A DNA stretch of 59,930 nt, the filler included, from Trypethelium eluteriae (lineage: Eukaryota), in assembly GCA_051942245.1 (NCBI GenBank). It is 2 parts of 2 records of this genome, joined end to end, with 100 filler letters (N's around TTAATTAATTAA, not from the genome) between each part and the next. Parts side by side here need not be neighbours in the genome. Positions count along the whole stretch, not along the records: positions 1 to 29,964 come from JAVECL010000286.1; 1 more part is not named here. One strand, 5' to 3'. A model generated the notes under the pieces. That model had not been told where the DNA came from. It saw only the letters and a program-made list of their open reading frames with translations, and searched no databases. Made by a program: the position numbers and the translations under genes. Positions 13,744 to 26,275 of the stretch are shown here, in pieces (positions within the stretch are counted from its first letter, which is position 1; each line of letters begins with the position of its first letter).

Positions 13744-14377
13744 CGGACCGTCGCGTCACGAAACCAGGCACAACAAGAGTATTTAATTATTTAATTAACC
13801 AGTCTGGGGAGGAGGAAGCCTCCAGGGCTAGAGTCCGTAAGCGAAAATGCTAAATATTTATGTGGTCAATATTGGGGCTCGTAGTTTCTATCTATATAAG
13901 TGAGCTACATTCTTCTATTGCACTGGGCACACGAAGCCGCTTCGGTGGTGCAGTGGGTTATATCTAATGTACGTACTCCGTACTATGTAGGTATGTAGGC
14001 CTGTTTGAGAAAACTCCGCTCCAGGGGTTTTTCATAGGGCACTCGTGCCTGACCTTTTTGCCCATCTTCCCTTCCTTTTTTTCCTTTTCTTCCTTTTCTT
14101 GAAGATATTCCGACAGACTGCTGCACGGGGCTTGACCTCTATGCGAGCGGAAGATCCTTTGTTGACTACTGGTGATCACCGCACGGGTAGTATGCCACTG
14201 TGATGTACAAGCCATTTCCTTCTCTCAATAGGACTCACGATTGCACTTAGCTTCGAGTCACGGTGACGACAATTAATTTTCCTTTTTAGGACTTTGTACC
14301 TTACAGTGAGCGAAATTGCGCTCCCACAGCAAGATAGGCAACATGCCGATATGACGACATGATATTGCATGTCTTTT

Positions 14378-15841
14378 CTAAGTCCTCGCCTTGCCAGCAG
14401 CCTTTGTATCCTCGCCCATATCTTCGTTACCTTCGTCGCTTTCAAGCTCAAACGAATCAATAGCACGAACAGCCTCCTCTGATTCCGTCTCTTCTCGCGT
14501 CTTTGTGTTGATGAAAGCTGTAAGCAAACCAACGTCGTAGACCACTTTCATAGCACCAGCAGCAACAAACGCCACCCAGAAATGATCTTTGCCGGCAAGA
14601 ACACCCGTGATGATGGGTCCCCCACTTTGGCTCATCGTCTTCACCGTGTTCACCACGCCCATGACTGCCGTCCGCTCATTTGGCAACACGACAGCAGTAA
14701 GGAAAGCAGATCGAGGCGCTTGGTCCATGGATGACAGACTTGCGCGAAGGAAAATGAACATGACGGCCAGGATCAACGATGTGGGAACGGGAATCATTGC
14801 CAGGAAGATGGACGAGGGTAGATGCGTAAATACCATCGTTTTCAGCAAGCCAATTCTCCGGGCGATGGATGCAGAAACGATGTTGGATATGGAGGAGAAG
14901 ACATGGGCAATTGCGAGAACCGTTCCCAGCTTACCCTGGGCCATGTGGAATTTTCGCTCCATGAAGAATGCAATAAGGGAGACTTGCACCATACCGCTAG
15001 CGAGAGAGTCGAGGGCGAAGAGACAACAGAGACGGATAATGATTCCCCAGCTCTGTCTTGAGATTTGTGCTAACGACGATTTCTTTGGTGAGGGAGCTTT
15101 CGATTCGTTTGGACTAGCCTGCTGACTTGCCAAAAATGCCTCTCTCTCTTCGGATGTAGAAACTGCTGTGGATGGCTCCGACCTGCTTTCGCAACGGGGG
15201 CTCAGCATCAATGTCAAAGCCGCCTTGACCAGACCGATCAGAGTATATCCCCAAAAGACGGCACGATAGGCAGATACGGTTGTCCAGCCAGGCCATGTCA
15301 GGAGGGTCTGGGTCGTCCAACCACAGACGAAAGCGCCGCATGCACTGCCAAAGCTTCCCATGACACCAGACCAAGCAAGGACATCCGTCCGTGTCTTCAG
15401 CTGGGTGAGGTGGGCAACAGTAGACTCCTCGATAGCGCGGAAAGGGCCGACTTCCTTTCCACTAGGGCTAACAACTCCAACCACAGCGGCCAGAAGTAAT
15501 ACCCAGAAATTCGATGTCACGGAAAAAATCATACCCGACAGTGCCATCAGCAAGGCTCCTACTAGCAGCGTCCGGCGGCGTCCCAGTGCATCCGCATAGT
15601 TTGTGAGGATCAGGCTAATAAGGGTGTCGCCAACCAGTGTCAGAGTCATGAACAGACCAATCCGGGCGTCAGAGTGGCCAAGATCAGAGAAATAAAGCGC
15701 TAGGATCAAAGTGCTCGAGCCATAAGCAAACATGCGAACGAAGCGTGATAGCAGCAAGAGGTGTACATCTCGGCCGGCATGAAGAACGGTGCCAAAGCCT
15801 GATTCATGGAGGAGCCATTGTGAAATTCGACTTGTTGACAT
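14378..15841 (-). CDS. MFS transporter
   Basis: Intronless 487 aa with ~12 hydrophobic segments. Motif-A-like ADALGRRRTLL, plus SPSGKEVGPF and MVFTHLPSS. Confidence 0.85.
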   Translation of the reverse strand: MSTSRISQWLLHESGFGTVLHAGRDVHLLLLSRFVRMFAYGSSTLILALYFSDLGHSDARIGLFMTLTLVGDTLISLILTNYADALGRRRTLLVGALLMALSGMIFSVTSNFWVLLLAAVVGVVSPSGKEVGPFRAIEESTVAHLTQLKTRTDVLAWSGVMGSFGSACGAFVCGWTTQTLLTWPGWTTVSAYRAVFWGYTLIGLVKAALTLMLSPRCESRSEPSTAVSTSEEREAFLASQQASPNESKAPSPKKSSLAQISRQSWGIIIRLCCLFALDSLASGMVQVSLIAFFMERKFHMAQGKLGTVLAIAHVFSSISNIVSASIARRIGLLKTMVFTHLPSSIFLAMIPVPTSLILAVMFIFLRASLSSMDQAPRSAFLTAVVLPNERTAVMGVVNTVKTMSQSGGPIITGVLAGKDHFWVAFVAAGAMKVVYDVGLLTAFINTKTREETESEEAVRAIDSFELESDEGNEDMGEDTKAAGKART

Positions 15842-16778
15842 CGCAGATAATCTTCCTAAATATGGAGTATTTGGTCGACGCTCGCTTAGAATAAGGGTAT
15901 CAAATATCTTGATATTGTATCAAGGGAATTCATCGGACACGTAGGCTAATTCATTGACGACCTTTGATGAGGACAATCGCGAGTTCGAGGCATGTGTCCC
16001 AAAAGCCAAGATGAAGTAAGGTAGGAGTACGATGCCGTGCTTGTGTTGGGTCACATAAGGTACCTATTGTGAAATATGAGGAATATTCCACCTAAAGACT
16101 TCAACCCCGCCAAGGCTCGGGCGTCTGCTTATCTGGGTGGAGTACGTGATTGCTTACATACATCCCTTGCAGGCCGGACCTATGCGAGCGTGTTGCGATC
16201 TTCAAATTCTAGCAAGGCGCTTTTCGTGCTATTGGGAAGTGCAGAAAATATGCTAGGAACTTGCGCCCAGCTTGGTAACGAATCACTACGTGGGGACCTT
16301 TTCAGAAGTTGGAATCTTCGTTCTAGTCATGTGATGTCGCGACTTAGCGCGTTGATTTAATTCATTGCGCCCAAGTAGCTTCGTTGAAGTTGAACCCTTC
16401 CAACACTCATTTAGACCCTGTACTTTTCGATTGTACTGAGCTCTCGTACGCATGGCTCTCCTGATCCGCAGTGATGGTGGGAGAATTCATCCAAGATGAG
16501 CACGTGGACATAGAGATACTGCCACTGGAATCAAGCATTTCTGGGGCTCTCAGAAGTTGTCTCCACAGTCTGGCCAGATATCAGCCAAGGTCAAGTTCCA
16601 ATAGGGTCCTCTGTAGTCAATGTAGTTTAAAAATGGCAAGACTGGGGCGAGGATACGAAGCCTGCACTGCCCAGTCTGGTTGACGGAAAAGCCTGCCGAA
16701 GTAACTCGTGGAAAAGTCAGGGAGCGATTTGCACTTAGGCCTTGATACCTCGTAAAATCCGGAGAACATAGCGCTTCT

Positions 16779-17710
16779 TCAGCCTCTTTCGTTCCTGTAG
16801 TCTCGACGGTCTCTTCGTGGGGATCGTGACCTGTAGCGATCTCTCCGTCGATAGTCTGGGTAATCTCTGCGCTCTCGACGATCACTATCTCGAGGCTCGC
16901 TCTGACTCCTTGACCTGTGTCTGCGCCGTTCTCTTGATCGTGATCGGAATCTTCGATGTCGTCTCTCTTCTCGTGAGCTTGAATGTGCTCTAAGGTGCCT
17001 CTCTCTGTCACCCGATCTGGACCGTCTCCTCCTATGCTTGTCATCTTTACGATGTGTGCTTCGTCTATGATGCTCCCGACTCCGACTTCTCTTGCGGTCT
17101 CGATTCTTCTTTCGCGTCGCTACCTCCTTTATTGGTGGCCTTCCGTCCTCCTCGCCTTCCAAGATATCTCCTGCAGAATCAGTACCAGCTACCCGACCGT
17201 TATATGACCCAAACCCTATCCCTTTCTGGTCCTCGAACTCTTCCTGGCCCGTGCTTTCTGCCAACGCTCTCTTGACATCCGACTCGGACGCTTTCGCTCC
17301 CATTGGCGTGAGATTTGGATTTCTGGATGCAACCGGTAGGCCTAGTGCAAGATTCAAAGCATCCTCCTCTGCCTCTTTGATGCGACGTAGTTCTTCTTTT
17401 CGGATATCCTCAGCCGAGGGAGCGCCGTCTTCGTTGCCGGACTTTGCGTACCAAGAAAGATCCTTGCCAGTTTGCCAGCGACCGACCGCTACTCAAGTCA
17501 GCTAGGTACAAGTCACCGAAGAGTTAGGAGACGCTTACGGGCCATCAACGAATGTCCTAGGTAGTTCTCGCGATGCTGGTCGTTCTTGACATCCTCCCAC
17601 TTGAAGTTTGCACGCCCGCCTCTGCTAGCGCGTTAGTCGCAAATGGATACAACACGACCGAGGGTAACGCACCGACTACCTTCCTTTCGTACTGTTTGGA
17701 GCAAATCCAT
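16779..17710 (-). CDS. MMTAG2-like (kinase phosphorylation domain) RS-rich nuclear protein
   Basis: Spliced N-terminus [56 protein letters not shown] (two short introns between ~17672 and ~17490), with an RS/RD-rich tail. Confidence 0.8.
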
Positions 17711-17988
17711 GTTGGTAAGTACTTCTCGTTTCGTACAAGATGGGGTCTTGAAACAAGCTGTAGTTGTCCCTTAGGTAAGCTTTGGTGGGTGTCAAAGGTG
17801 AAGCTGCTGGTGCTGGATGTTGCGGAGGCGAAAGGTGTGACAGCGGAGGTCTAAAAAGGAGTGATACCAGGATGCTTTGTGGACAGCTTTTGACTTGTTG
17901 CTCTAGTCCCATGGTGAACTGTTAAATACCAACTCAAGTCCCACGCACTAATTCCAAAAGCTGGCGTGGGACTTCCTGCCAATCAACC

Positions 17989-20617
17989 ATGGTTTCGCCT
18001 ACTTTTTGGGTGGCCCTGTCCGCATGGGCTTTATCATCGGCCACAAATGGGGCTTTGGGTGCCCAGCAAAGCTCGTCAATGAGCGAAATTGGTAGAAATA
18101 CCAATCAATCGTTACTATGGGGTCCTTATCGCCCCAATTTGTATTTCGGAGTAAAGCCAAGGCTACCGAAGAGCCTACTTACGGGTCTGATGTGGGTTGC
18201 TGTTGAAGACTTCAGAAATGTGCAGCCGAGTAGGTACATCCATCCCAATTGAGGCAGCATTTGGACGCGTCAAAAAAGGTTACTGAACTTCTTTTCGTCG
18301 TCCAGATCTTCGTCATACATGCGAACAAAATGAGGGAATGGCCGGCTATGGCTGGGATGAGTACGACATTAGAACAGGAGGTCGACAGACGATACATGAC
18401 GCTGGTAACACGCTTGATGTTACAACTGAATTCGTGAAAGTCGCCGGCGGCCAACACGGCGGGAATTGGGGCGTCAGGGTCAAAGGCACTCCAAGGCAAG
18501 ATGCGCCGCCAGATCTCAAGACGACAATGATCTTCTATGCGGCAATGGAAGGGTTTGGCGGGCTTGAAGTTGCGGACGATGATGAAGAGACTGGGTTCGC
18601 AGGAGCCGTCACACTCAATGGGCAGAGTCCAGATCTAGGTCAATTCAAAATCGAGTTAACGAAGGGCCCCGAATCCAATGATCATCCCCAGTATAGCCAT
18701 CCAAGCTACGACGACAAGCCACTGGACCGGACCTTTGTTGATAGTTTGCAGGTACCACCAGAAGCTTTATGGCAGAGCAAAGCATTACTACTGTCTAGCA
18801 TGAAAAGAACTGTCGATGCCTACGTTGAACAATACTCACAGGAGGACATGCCCCCGCCATGCCAGATCTATACCGTCCAGCAATCTCCTGGCACTGGTAA
18901 TATACACCTTGTCCAGAAGGTCTTCGAAGGGCCCTTTGAATTTGACATTCTGTACTCCTCTGAATCCAGCCCTGAATCAATGTCATCAGAGACCCTCACT
19001 AAGAAAATTGAATCTGCGACTGTATCATTTAGCGAACGTTTTGCGCAAGTTCTAAAACCTCAGGCTCCTTTTGATAAATCACGCTTCGACAAATTCACGA
19101 AATCTTTATTTTCGAACCTTCTCGGCGGAGTTGGCTACTTCTACGGAGATGCGGTAATCGACCGCTCCTATGCCCCAGAATACGACGAAGAAAATGAAGG
19201 CTTCTGGGAAGAGACTGCGGAAGCCCGATCACGCAATGAGCAGAAACTTGAGGGACCATATGAGCTGTTCACAAGCATACCTTCCCGACCATTTTTCCCA
19301 AGAGGCTTTCTGTGGGATGAGGGATTCCATTTGCTTCCAATTATTGATTGGGACGTTGATCTAACGTAAGTTCACTGGTCGAGTCTGGAGTTGGAACATC
19401 TAATCTAATCTGTGTTCGCAGGCTCGAAATCATCAGAAGCTGGTTCAATCTCATGGATGAAGACGGCTGGATCGGTCGAGAACAAATCCTGGGCGCCGAA
19501 GCGCGTAGTAAAGTGCCTCAAGAATTCCAAGTCCAATACCCTCACTACGCTAACCCTCCGACCCTATTCTTTGTATTAGATGCTTTCCTTGATAAAGTTG
19601 GATCGAAGGAAAAGCGCAGCTCTTCAGAACAACAGATCCTCAAAGAAGACACGTACCAAGCTCACGTGGAGAACACAGGTGCTGCGGCAGAATACTTACA
19701 ATCATTGTATCCTCTGCTCAAGCGTCATTACAATTGGTATCGCAAAACGCAATGGGGAGACCTCAAATCATATGATCGCAATGCCTTCTCGAACAAGGAA
19801 GCCTACCGCTGGCGAGGTCGTACTCCACAACATATCCTTACCTCAGGATTGGATGATTACCCTAGGCCACAACCTCCGCATCCCGGCGAATTGCACACAG
19901 ACCTCATCTCGTGGATGGGTATGATGACGCGAGTGATGAAACGCATCGCATCCACTGCTGAGGAGAATGAGGATGCCAAAGAGTACGCAAGCATCGAAAA
20001 CGCCATCATCCACAACATTGATGACCTCCATTGGGACGAGGACGCGCAAACATTCTGTGACGCAACCATCGACGAATACGAAGAAAATGTGCACGTCTGT
20101 CACAAGGGCTATATTTCCATTTTCCCCTTTATGACAGGAATGCTTTCGCCTAGCCACCCCAGATTAGGAGCCGTGTTAGATCTGATTGGCGATCCGGAAG
20201 AGCTCTGGAGCGACCATGGGATTCGGAGTTTGAGTAAGAAGGACGAATTCTACGGGACGGATGAGAACTACTGGAGAAGCCCCGTGTGGATGAACATGAA
20301 CTATCTGATTGTCAAAGAACTTTTGGTAAATGCTCTGCTCCCTTCGTTTTCGGATCATCTTGCTTATCAAGTGTCACCAGAATACTGCCCAAGAGTCCGG
20401 CCCGCATCAAAAACGTGCAAAGGACCTGTATAGTCGTCTACGATCCAACCTCGTCAATACCGTGTACAAGTCTTGGGAACAAACGGGCTTTGCATGGGAA
20501 CAGTATAATCCAGAGACGGGTGAAGGGCAACGTACTCAGCATTTCACAGGTTGGACAAGTTTGGTAGTGAAGATCATGAACATGCCTGACCTTGGGAAGG
20601 GCCATGATGAATTGTAG
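17989..20617 (+). CDS. CWH41: Mannosyl-oligosaccharide glucosidase I (GH63)
   Basis: Signal peptide, [50 protein letters not shown] and C-terminal HDEL. Introns 18230-18305, 19366-19421 and 20326-20380. Confidence 0.95.
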
Positions 20618-21129
20618 AATAGTGTACAAAAGTTTGACTGTCTATCATCTGGGAGAGACTTATGATTGACAACCTAGACGGTGCATGATGGAGTGAAATA
20701 AGAAATGAAGGTGCCATTGAAGATGGCCGATAGATTGGTCCCCACATGTCCTCGAGACCCTCAGCAGTACAGGATTGAAGACCAGTAGACTCCTGATCAG
20801 GATATAGAACAAGAAACGGTAGTCGTCTCTTCAAATTTCTTGCCCTAACTCTACACATTTCAGAATTGCTCAACTCCCTTGGTCTTGGGCCTCGTGCACC
20901 TCCACGGCTGCCCCGAAAATCTCAGTTGTGTTTCCTTATGAGTGCAAGCGCAAAGCTTTGCTAAAGCGAGTCTCATGATGTCCTATCGTGCCCTATCCCT
21001 CGAGTATAACAATTTCCGCCACATAGAGCCGGCCCTCTCAATCAGCAAGCTGTTCATTTTTCCGCCAATCTTCTTCGAGGCTCCATTTCAAGACGCGGAT
21101 AGGTCTTAGCAACCACACTCCCTTTGCAA

Positions 21130-21951
21130 CTACTCCGCCGAGGGACTTAGAGGCCTATTGAATCCACCAACACGGTTCATGTACTGTCTATACTTCGCCT
21201 TTTTTTCCTTCCTCACCCCAAACAACTTGTCATTGCCCGGTACCTTCTTATTCTTCGTCGTCTTGAAAGCGCCAAAGCCCATCATTGCCCGCATCTGCGC
21301 CTCCTCATCATCTTCCGCGATCTCTCCCGCCACGCCATCGATATCCATAGAGTCCTTTCCTCCATTCGGCATCGTTTTCTCAGCTTGGTCTTGAGTTCTT
21401 GAGGACGCAGCAGTATGATTCGGCCGAGAGCGATCCACGCCATTAGGAGGAGCTCCACTGTGTCGTTCACGGGAGCGAGTGCGATATGCTCGTGGGCCGC
21501 GCGGTGGTGACTTCTGCGAGCTCTCGCGGTGAGGCGAGCGGCTGCGTTGGCGGTCATCTAGTACGCTGGTTAGTACTTCATAGATCATGCAGGATTTAAT
21601 AGCAATGTGTAAGTCCGGGGACCATTTACCTCGTCGTGATCTCTGTTTCTCTCGGCTGCGACTCCGCTCTCTCGGCTTTCGATCGCGGTCACGGTCGCGG
21701 TCGCGATCTCGTCGCGGTTTCCTGTCAGAGCTGTGCTTAGGCTCTCTAGGCTTGTCATCGCTGCGTTCGCGTCGCGCTTCTCTACGCTCGCGGGATCGTG
21801 ATCGATTCCGCCGATCGTGGTTGTCAGGTTTCGGGCCGTCTTTGCGGGATAGTGGCTGTCGTGCGGCGTCTGGTTGTGGAGAATTTTCATTCTGCTCCCA
21901 CATTGCCATGCTATCAGTGCGGCGAGCTCGCTTGGCCGGTGGTTCAGTCAT
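21130..21951 (-). CDS. U4/U6.U5 tri-snRNP 27 kDa protein-like (SNRNP27/DUF1777)
   Basis: RS-rich N-terminus. C-terminal MMGFGAFKTTKNKKVPGN..KYRQYMNRVGGFNRPLSP. Intron 21629-21558. Confidence 0.9.
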   Translation of the reverse strand: MTEPPAKRARRTDSMAMWEQNENSPQPDAARQPLSRKDGPKPDNHDRRNRSRSRERREARRERSDDKPREPKHSSDRKPRRDRDRDRDRDRKPRERSRSREKQRSRRGKWSPDLHIAIKSCMIYEVLTSVLDDRQRSRSPHRESSQKSPPRGPRAYRTRSRERHSGAPPNGVDRSRPNHTAASSRTQDQAEKTMPNGGKDSMDIDGVAGEIAEDDEEAQMRAMMGFGAFKTTKNKKVPGNDKLFGVRKEKKAKYRQYMNRVGGFNRPLSPSAE

Positions 21952-22145
21952 AGTGAGGTTGGTGTTTATTGTCTGGGTGTCTGGTTCAAAAGAATTGTGC
22001 CGTTCGAGCAGAGGTTGATATCGGTCGTTCGGACTTTGTGGACCCCTGCTCGGAAAGTAATTGGATGAATAAAAACACTCGAAATATTCTAGGCCAAGTC
22101 TTGTTCGCAATTTTTATGTTTAAGATTAAATTTATTAATTCTACA

Positions 22146-23227
22146 CTAGATTTCATCTTCTTCCTCATCGAAGTCATCCTCAATACCCATGTCATACAAA
22201 ATTCGCCCACCCTCCCCAACACCTTCCGCTTTTTGTGCATCGAAGTATGGAAGCACGACACCTTCCCTATCCTTCCGCTGTCTTTCACTGAGCCCAAGAT
22301 TAAAAGTTGAATCTATCGTCTGGTCCTGATCAAGAAATTTGATATCTTCTTCATCCAGCTTTCTGAACAATGAATGATCCTCAAGCAGTGTAACGGAGCC
22401 CGGAGTCAGTCGCTCAGAGCGCGGGTTCAAATCTCTGCGGGAGACATTGTGTAGAACGAGCCATTCTCGCATACTGCGCCCGGATTTCCGTCGATGCTCC
22501 ATATTGAAGACCAGTCCGCGCAGGTCATTTCCGCCTAACCCCGTGATGACTCCTTCGACCTCTTCTGCGATGCCAAAGGAGGGTTCGGCGACACTACGTT
22601 CCCGTGCTCGTTTCCGTGCAACCGTGTGGCTCAAGGACCGCGTCGTAAGGATGGTAGTGGCCAGGTGCTTCAGAAGGACCAGAGAGGGGGGTGAATATGC
22701 CGAGGCCGTGGATGAAATAACCGGTATGTCTATGTGATATACTCCGATGAGAGACGTCCTGGGTGAGATAAATGAAGAAAGATATGAAGGCAGATCTGGT
22801 ATTGTTGAAGAAATCCGATTAAGGTTGTCAAATATTACGATCGTCCCTAGTGAAGTCTTAGTCCCTCGTTTCAAGACTTATTAAGCCAGTGCCCGTGTTC
22901 TTTCCCTTCCTAAGATTTATGAGAGTACCTACGTGATTCTATGGATGCGATCCGGGTTTGCAGCATTTTTTGTAGCCTCATTGGCTCCTGTTGAGCAGCA
23001 TTTGCGAATTCATCAACTCCCCGTGGACCTCTGAAACTATCATACGATACATAGACAACCTTGACTTTAGACAATCTCGCTCTTGTGATATACTCCTGCA
23101 GCAAAGGACTAGCAGATTGCTCGAGGGAGTCCAAAAGTAGAGTGAATGGTGACACATTCTCCCGCTGATTTAGTAACTTGGATATCAGAAGAAGATTATG
23201 AGTTCGCCGACGCTCAAGGTTCTCCAT
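22146..23227 (-). CDS. ELP5: Elongator complex subunit Elp5/Iki1
   Basis: LLISKLLN..SPFTLLLDSLEQ, EHRRKSGR and STFNLGLSERQRKDREGVVLPYFDAQ..GRILYD..DDFDEE. One intron ~22933-22847. Confidence 0.85.
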
Positions 23228-23670
23228 TTTTAGTATTTTTACGGTTCCAGCCTTCGGTATCCAGTTTCAGGTATCTTAAGGCTTGTCTATCGATTCTTTT
23301 GTGACCAAGAAAAGGTACGGGACTCATGGTATCTGAAATTTACTAGTGATTTGAGCAACACCGATTAAAACTAAACAACCTGTCCCTCAATGGAAAATAA
23401 GATAGCATCAAATTTGTGGTTCGCCATTGTCAATCGGAAGCGAGTCCACTACCAAATGTAAAGCGCACCCCAAGGCGCTAAACCCAATCGGCTGTCGGGC
23501 GGTCCTTAGTAAAAATTTCGGAGGTGATAGGCTGTTAGGTTTATGAAAGGGTGACCAGAAATAGAACAATTTGGCTTCAAGATGGAATTTGAGTTTCTTC
23601 ACATTTCTGCTGCGGGTATCTTGTGTAGGAAAAGCTGAAAATACAGTCGACCAGCGAAACTGCCGATATC

Positions 23671-24645
23671 CTACAACTCCTTCCCATTCTCCTTCTTTCC
23701 CTGCTCCCTCTCAACCTTCTTCTCCGCCTTCGCCTCTTCAGTCGCCTTTCCCTTGAGAGATTCTCCAACCTTGCCACCTCCAGTTCCGCTAGTAATTGGC
23801 ACAAACTCGTGTTTCTGCCCCCAGTACTCCTCATACTCCCGCTCCTTCCACTCATCAAAGTCCCCCCTTGCCCTCATCTCCATGGCCTCGGCCGCTTTCT
23901 TCTGCCAACCAGGATCCAACTCTCCATGTTCCAACTGTTCCAGGAAGCGACCGACATCATCGCTGAAGACTTCGTTGTAGCGCAGGTACTCGTGTAGCAT
24001 GTCAGGCTCCGTATTGTCTTCAAGGAGACGAGGAAGAGACTGCTCCGGTAGCATCGCGACGAGTTCGTCCTTCTCTTCTGCAGAGAGGCATGCCCATGTT
24101 CGGGTGTCCAATAGGACCTTCTTAAGCTGACTGGCTGTCAGCCGCACGAGGCGTGAGTTGGAGCTGTGGACGACGTGGTCGGCATCCCATTTCTCGGCCT
24201 TCTTGCCCTTGGCTGCAGCAGGCGCTGACGCCGCTGGTTTGGAAGGTTTGGCGGGCTTTGCCTCGATCTCTTCGACCAGTCTTGAAGGTCGCGTCTTGGT
24301 GCGGGAGGGACGAGAATTCTGCTGGGGGCCTCCCCGCGGAGGCGAAGGCTTTTTGGAGGGTGAGGCCCTCGCTGCGGCCTTTCTTGGCTGAGGGCTGGTT
24401 TCTAGCCCAGCCTCCGCGGGAGACCTCTTCTTTGGCTTCTCCCCAGAATCCGGCTGGGGGCCTCCCTGACCCGGGGAGGGCTTTTTGGCGGGCTGGGTCG
24501 GGTTTGGCGTTCGAGATGATTTTCGCGTGCGCTGAGCTTTCTTTTGTGCCCCCTTGTTAGATGATGATTTTTGCTGGGGGGTGCCCTGAGCCTTTGGGCT
24601 CTTAATGGCGTCGGAGTCGAGTTCGGAGAGGGATGAAGAAGACAT
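23671..24645 (-). CDS. ASX-homology (DEUBAD) domain protein
   Basis: Disordered basic N-terminus, then W..LSAEEKDELVAMLP..YLRYN..F..FLEQLEHGELDP.W...A..A...RARGDFDEWKEREYEEYWGQK. Confidence 0.75.
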   Translation of the reverse strand: MSSSSLSELDSDAIKSPKAQGTPQQKSSSNKGAQKKAQRTRKSSRTPNPTQPAKKPSPGQGGPQPDSGEKPKKRSPAEAGLETSPQPRKAAARASPSKKPSPPRGGPQQNSRPSRTKTRPSRLVEEIEAKPAKPSKPAASAPAAAKGKKAEKWDADHVVHSSNSRLVRLTASQLKKVLLDTRTWACLSAEEKDELVAMLPEQSLPRLLEDNTEPDMLHEYLRYNEVFSDDVGRFLEQLEHGELDPGWQKKAAEAMEMRARGDFDEWKEREYEEYWGQKHEFVPITSGTGGGKVGESLKGKATEEAKAEKKVEREQGKKENGKEL

Positions 24646-25242
24646 GGTTTGATAGAGCGATTTGGAGAAATGATGAGGGAAAAAGAAAGAGAAGTTTAGA
24701 GATTGAGATATTGCGAGAGAAGTCGTGGTTATATATTAAAGGTTGCGAATAAATTTTGTGACAATAGCGAGCTGTTTGCTATTGTGAGAATTGATTGTAT
24801 TGTCAGGCTAGATGTCAGGCTTGAGTCACCGCCCGTAGGCCAAGACAAGGGCCTAAACATTGTGCTCAGATTATCTGCATAAGTCTATTTAAGGTTGATT
24901 ATGAGTTTCAATGGCAGTGATAAGTAATTAGGTAAATGGTGAGGGATGAGTGGCCTTCAGGGAGGTAGAGTTAGTGGCGGGAGGCCACTATTCCGTCTCT
25001 AAAGACTACCCTATCACCTTAGGCTCCAATACCACTTCATTGTCTTTTGCAAACAATAGAACGCTCCACGAATAGTCGGCGCTCCCGCTCTGCTTTTGTG
25101 ATACCGAGCTTGAAGTTGTATTGAACCAGATATCCTTCAGATTATTAAAGGCAGCAGAAAAAGGAAATAGCCGAGACTGGATACACCTTAGAACGTTCGT
25201 CAAACACGTCTCGACCATACATGATCATTTCTGGAGACCATC

Positions 25243-26109
25243 ATGGTTAAGTCTACGCAAATTGCGCGCTTGGATGGTATGTACAAATTCCACAGTCCAC
25301 TCTCAAAATATCGGCGTACTAAAGAACACGCACCAGGATTGATGCTAGCAGCTTCGGTGGACGACGCACAGGTACTTCAATATCCCCACTGGTTCATATC
25401 CCCTGGATCTTGCAGCTGAAGGAATCATTAGGCCGAATCAGAGCTAGCAGACATCAAGACCAAGGTGAAGCAAATACTACGGCGACTCAACCGCAATTCG
25501 GAACCACAAGCAAGCATCGAGAGTGGACAGTATACAATACAGTACGTTACCCACATGGCGTCTAGAGTTTCTCGACATAACACACCATAGTTACCTACTC
25601 AACGACTCTGTCGTCTTTCTCTGCATCTGCGATCGATCATACCCACGAAAGCTTGCCTTCACATATCTCTCGGACCTATCGACGGAGTTTACCACCACAT
25701 ATCCTTCTCAACAGTATCTGTCACCAACGCTCCGACCCTATGCGTTTGTTGAATTCGATACTTTCATACAAAGAACAAAGAAGACGTATCAGGACAGCAG
25801 GGCAACCCAAAATCTAGATAAGCTGAACGATGAGCTGAAGGATGTTACGAAGGTCATGACCAAGAACATTGAGGACCTACTTTATAGAGGAGACAGCTTG
25901 GAGAGAATGGGAGACATGAGCAGCAGGCTGCGCGAGGATAGTAGGAAATATCGCAAAGCAGCTGTGAGGATCAATTGGGAGCTCTTGTTGAAACAGGTGA
26001 GACCGTCAGCATACTACCGAAGAAAATGCTCACATCTGAAAAACAGTACGGTCCAGTGGGAGCAGTAGTACTTATCATTGTTGTATTCATATGGTGGCGC
26101 TTCTTCTGA
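25243..26109 (+). CDS. SEC22: R-SNARE Sec22
   Basis: MVKSTQIARLDGLMLAASVDD longin domain, YPRKLAFTYL, RPYAFVEFD, MTKNIEDLLYRGDSL and a C-terminal TM ending WWRFF. Four short introns. Confidence 0.95.
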
Positions 26110-26275
26110 GAATGCTCGAAGTGGTAACGTTTATGCATTGAGCAAGGCGTTGGCTGTCCCTGTAATCATACTTCTGTGTGATCATATGCATGTCATGCAT
26201 TCTATTCTTCTATTCTTCTATTTATGAAGGGAAAAGCCCGCACGTTGAGTGAGCTGCTCGAATGCTGACCGTCTA

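Noticed and set aside
13921..13955. Imperfect hairpin between the convergent LAA1 and MFS genes
   Set aside because: Short and bulged, not a tRNA or known ncRNA, and bacterial-type terminators do not apply in a fungus.
21952..22110. 53-codon TTG-initiated N-terminal extension of the SNRNP27-like ORF
   Set aside because: It lies in the ELP5 3' UTR/promoter gap, and the ATG at 21951 has a good context (CACTATGA).
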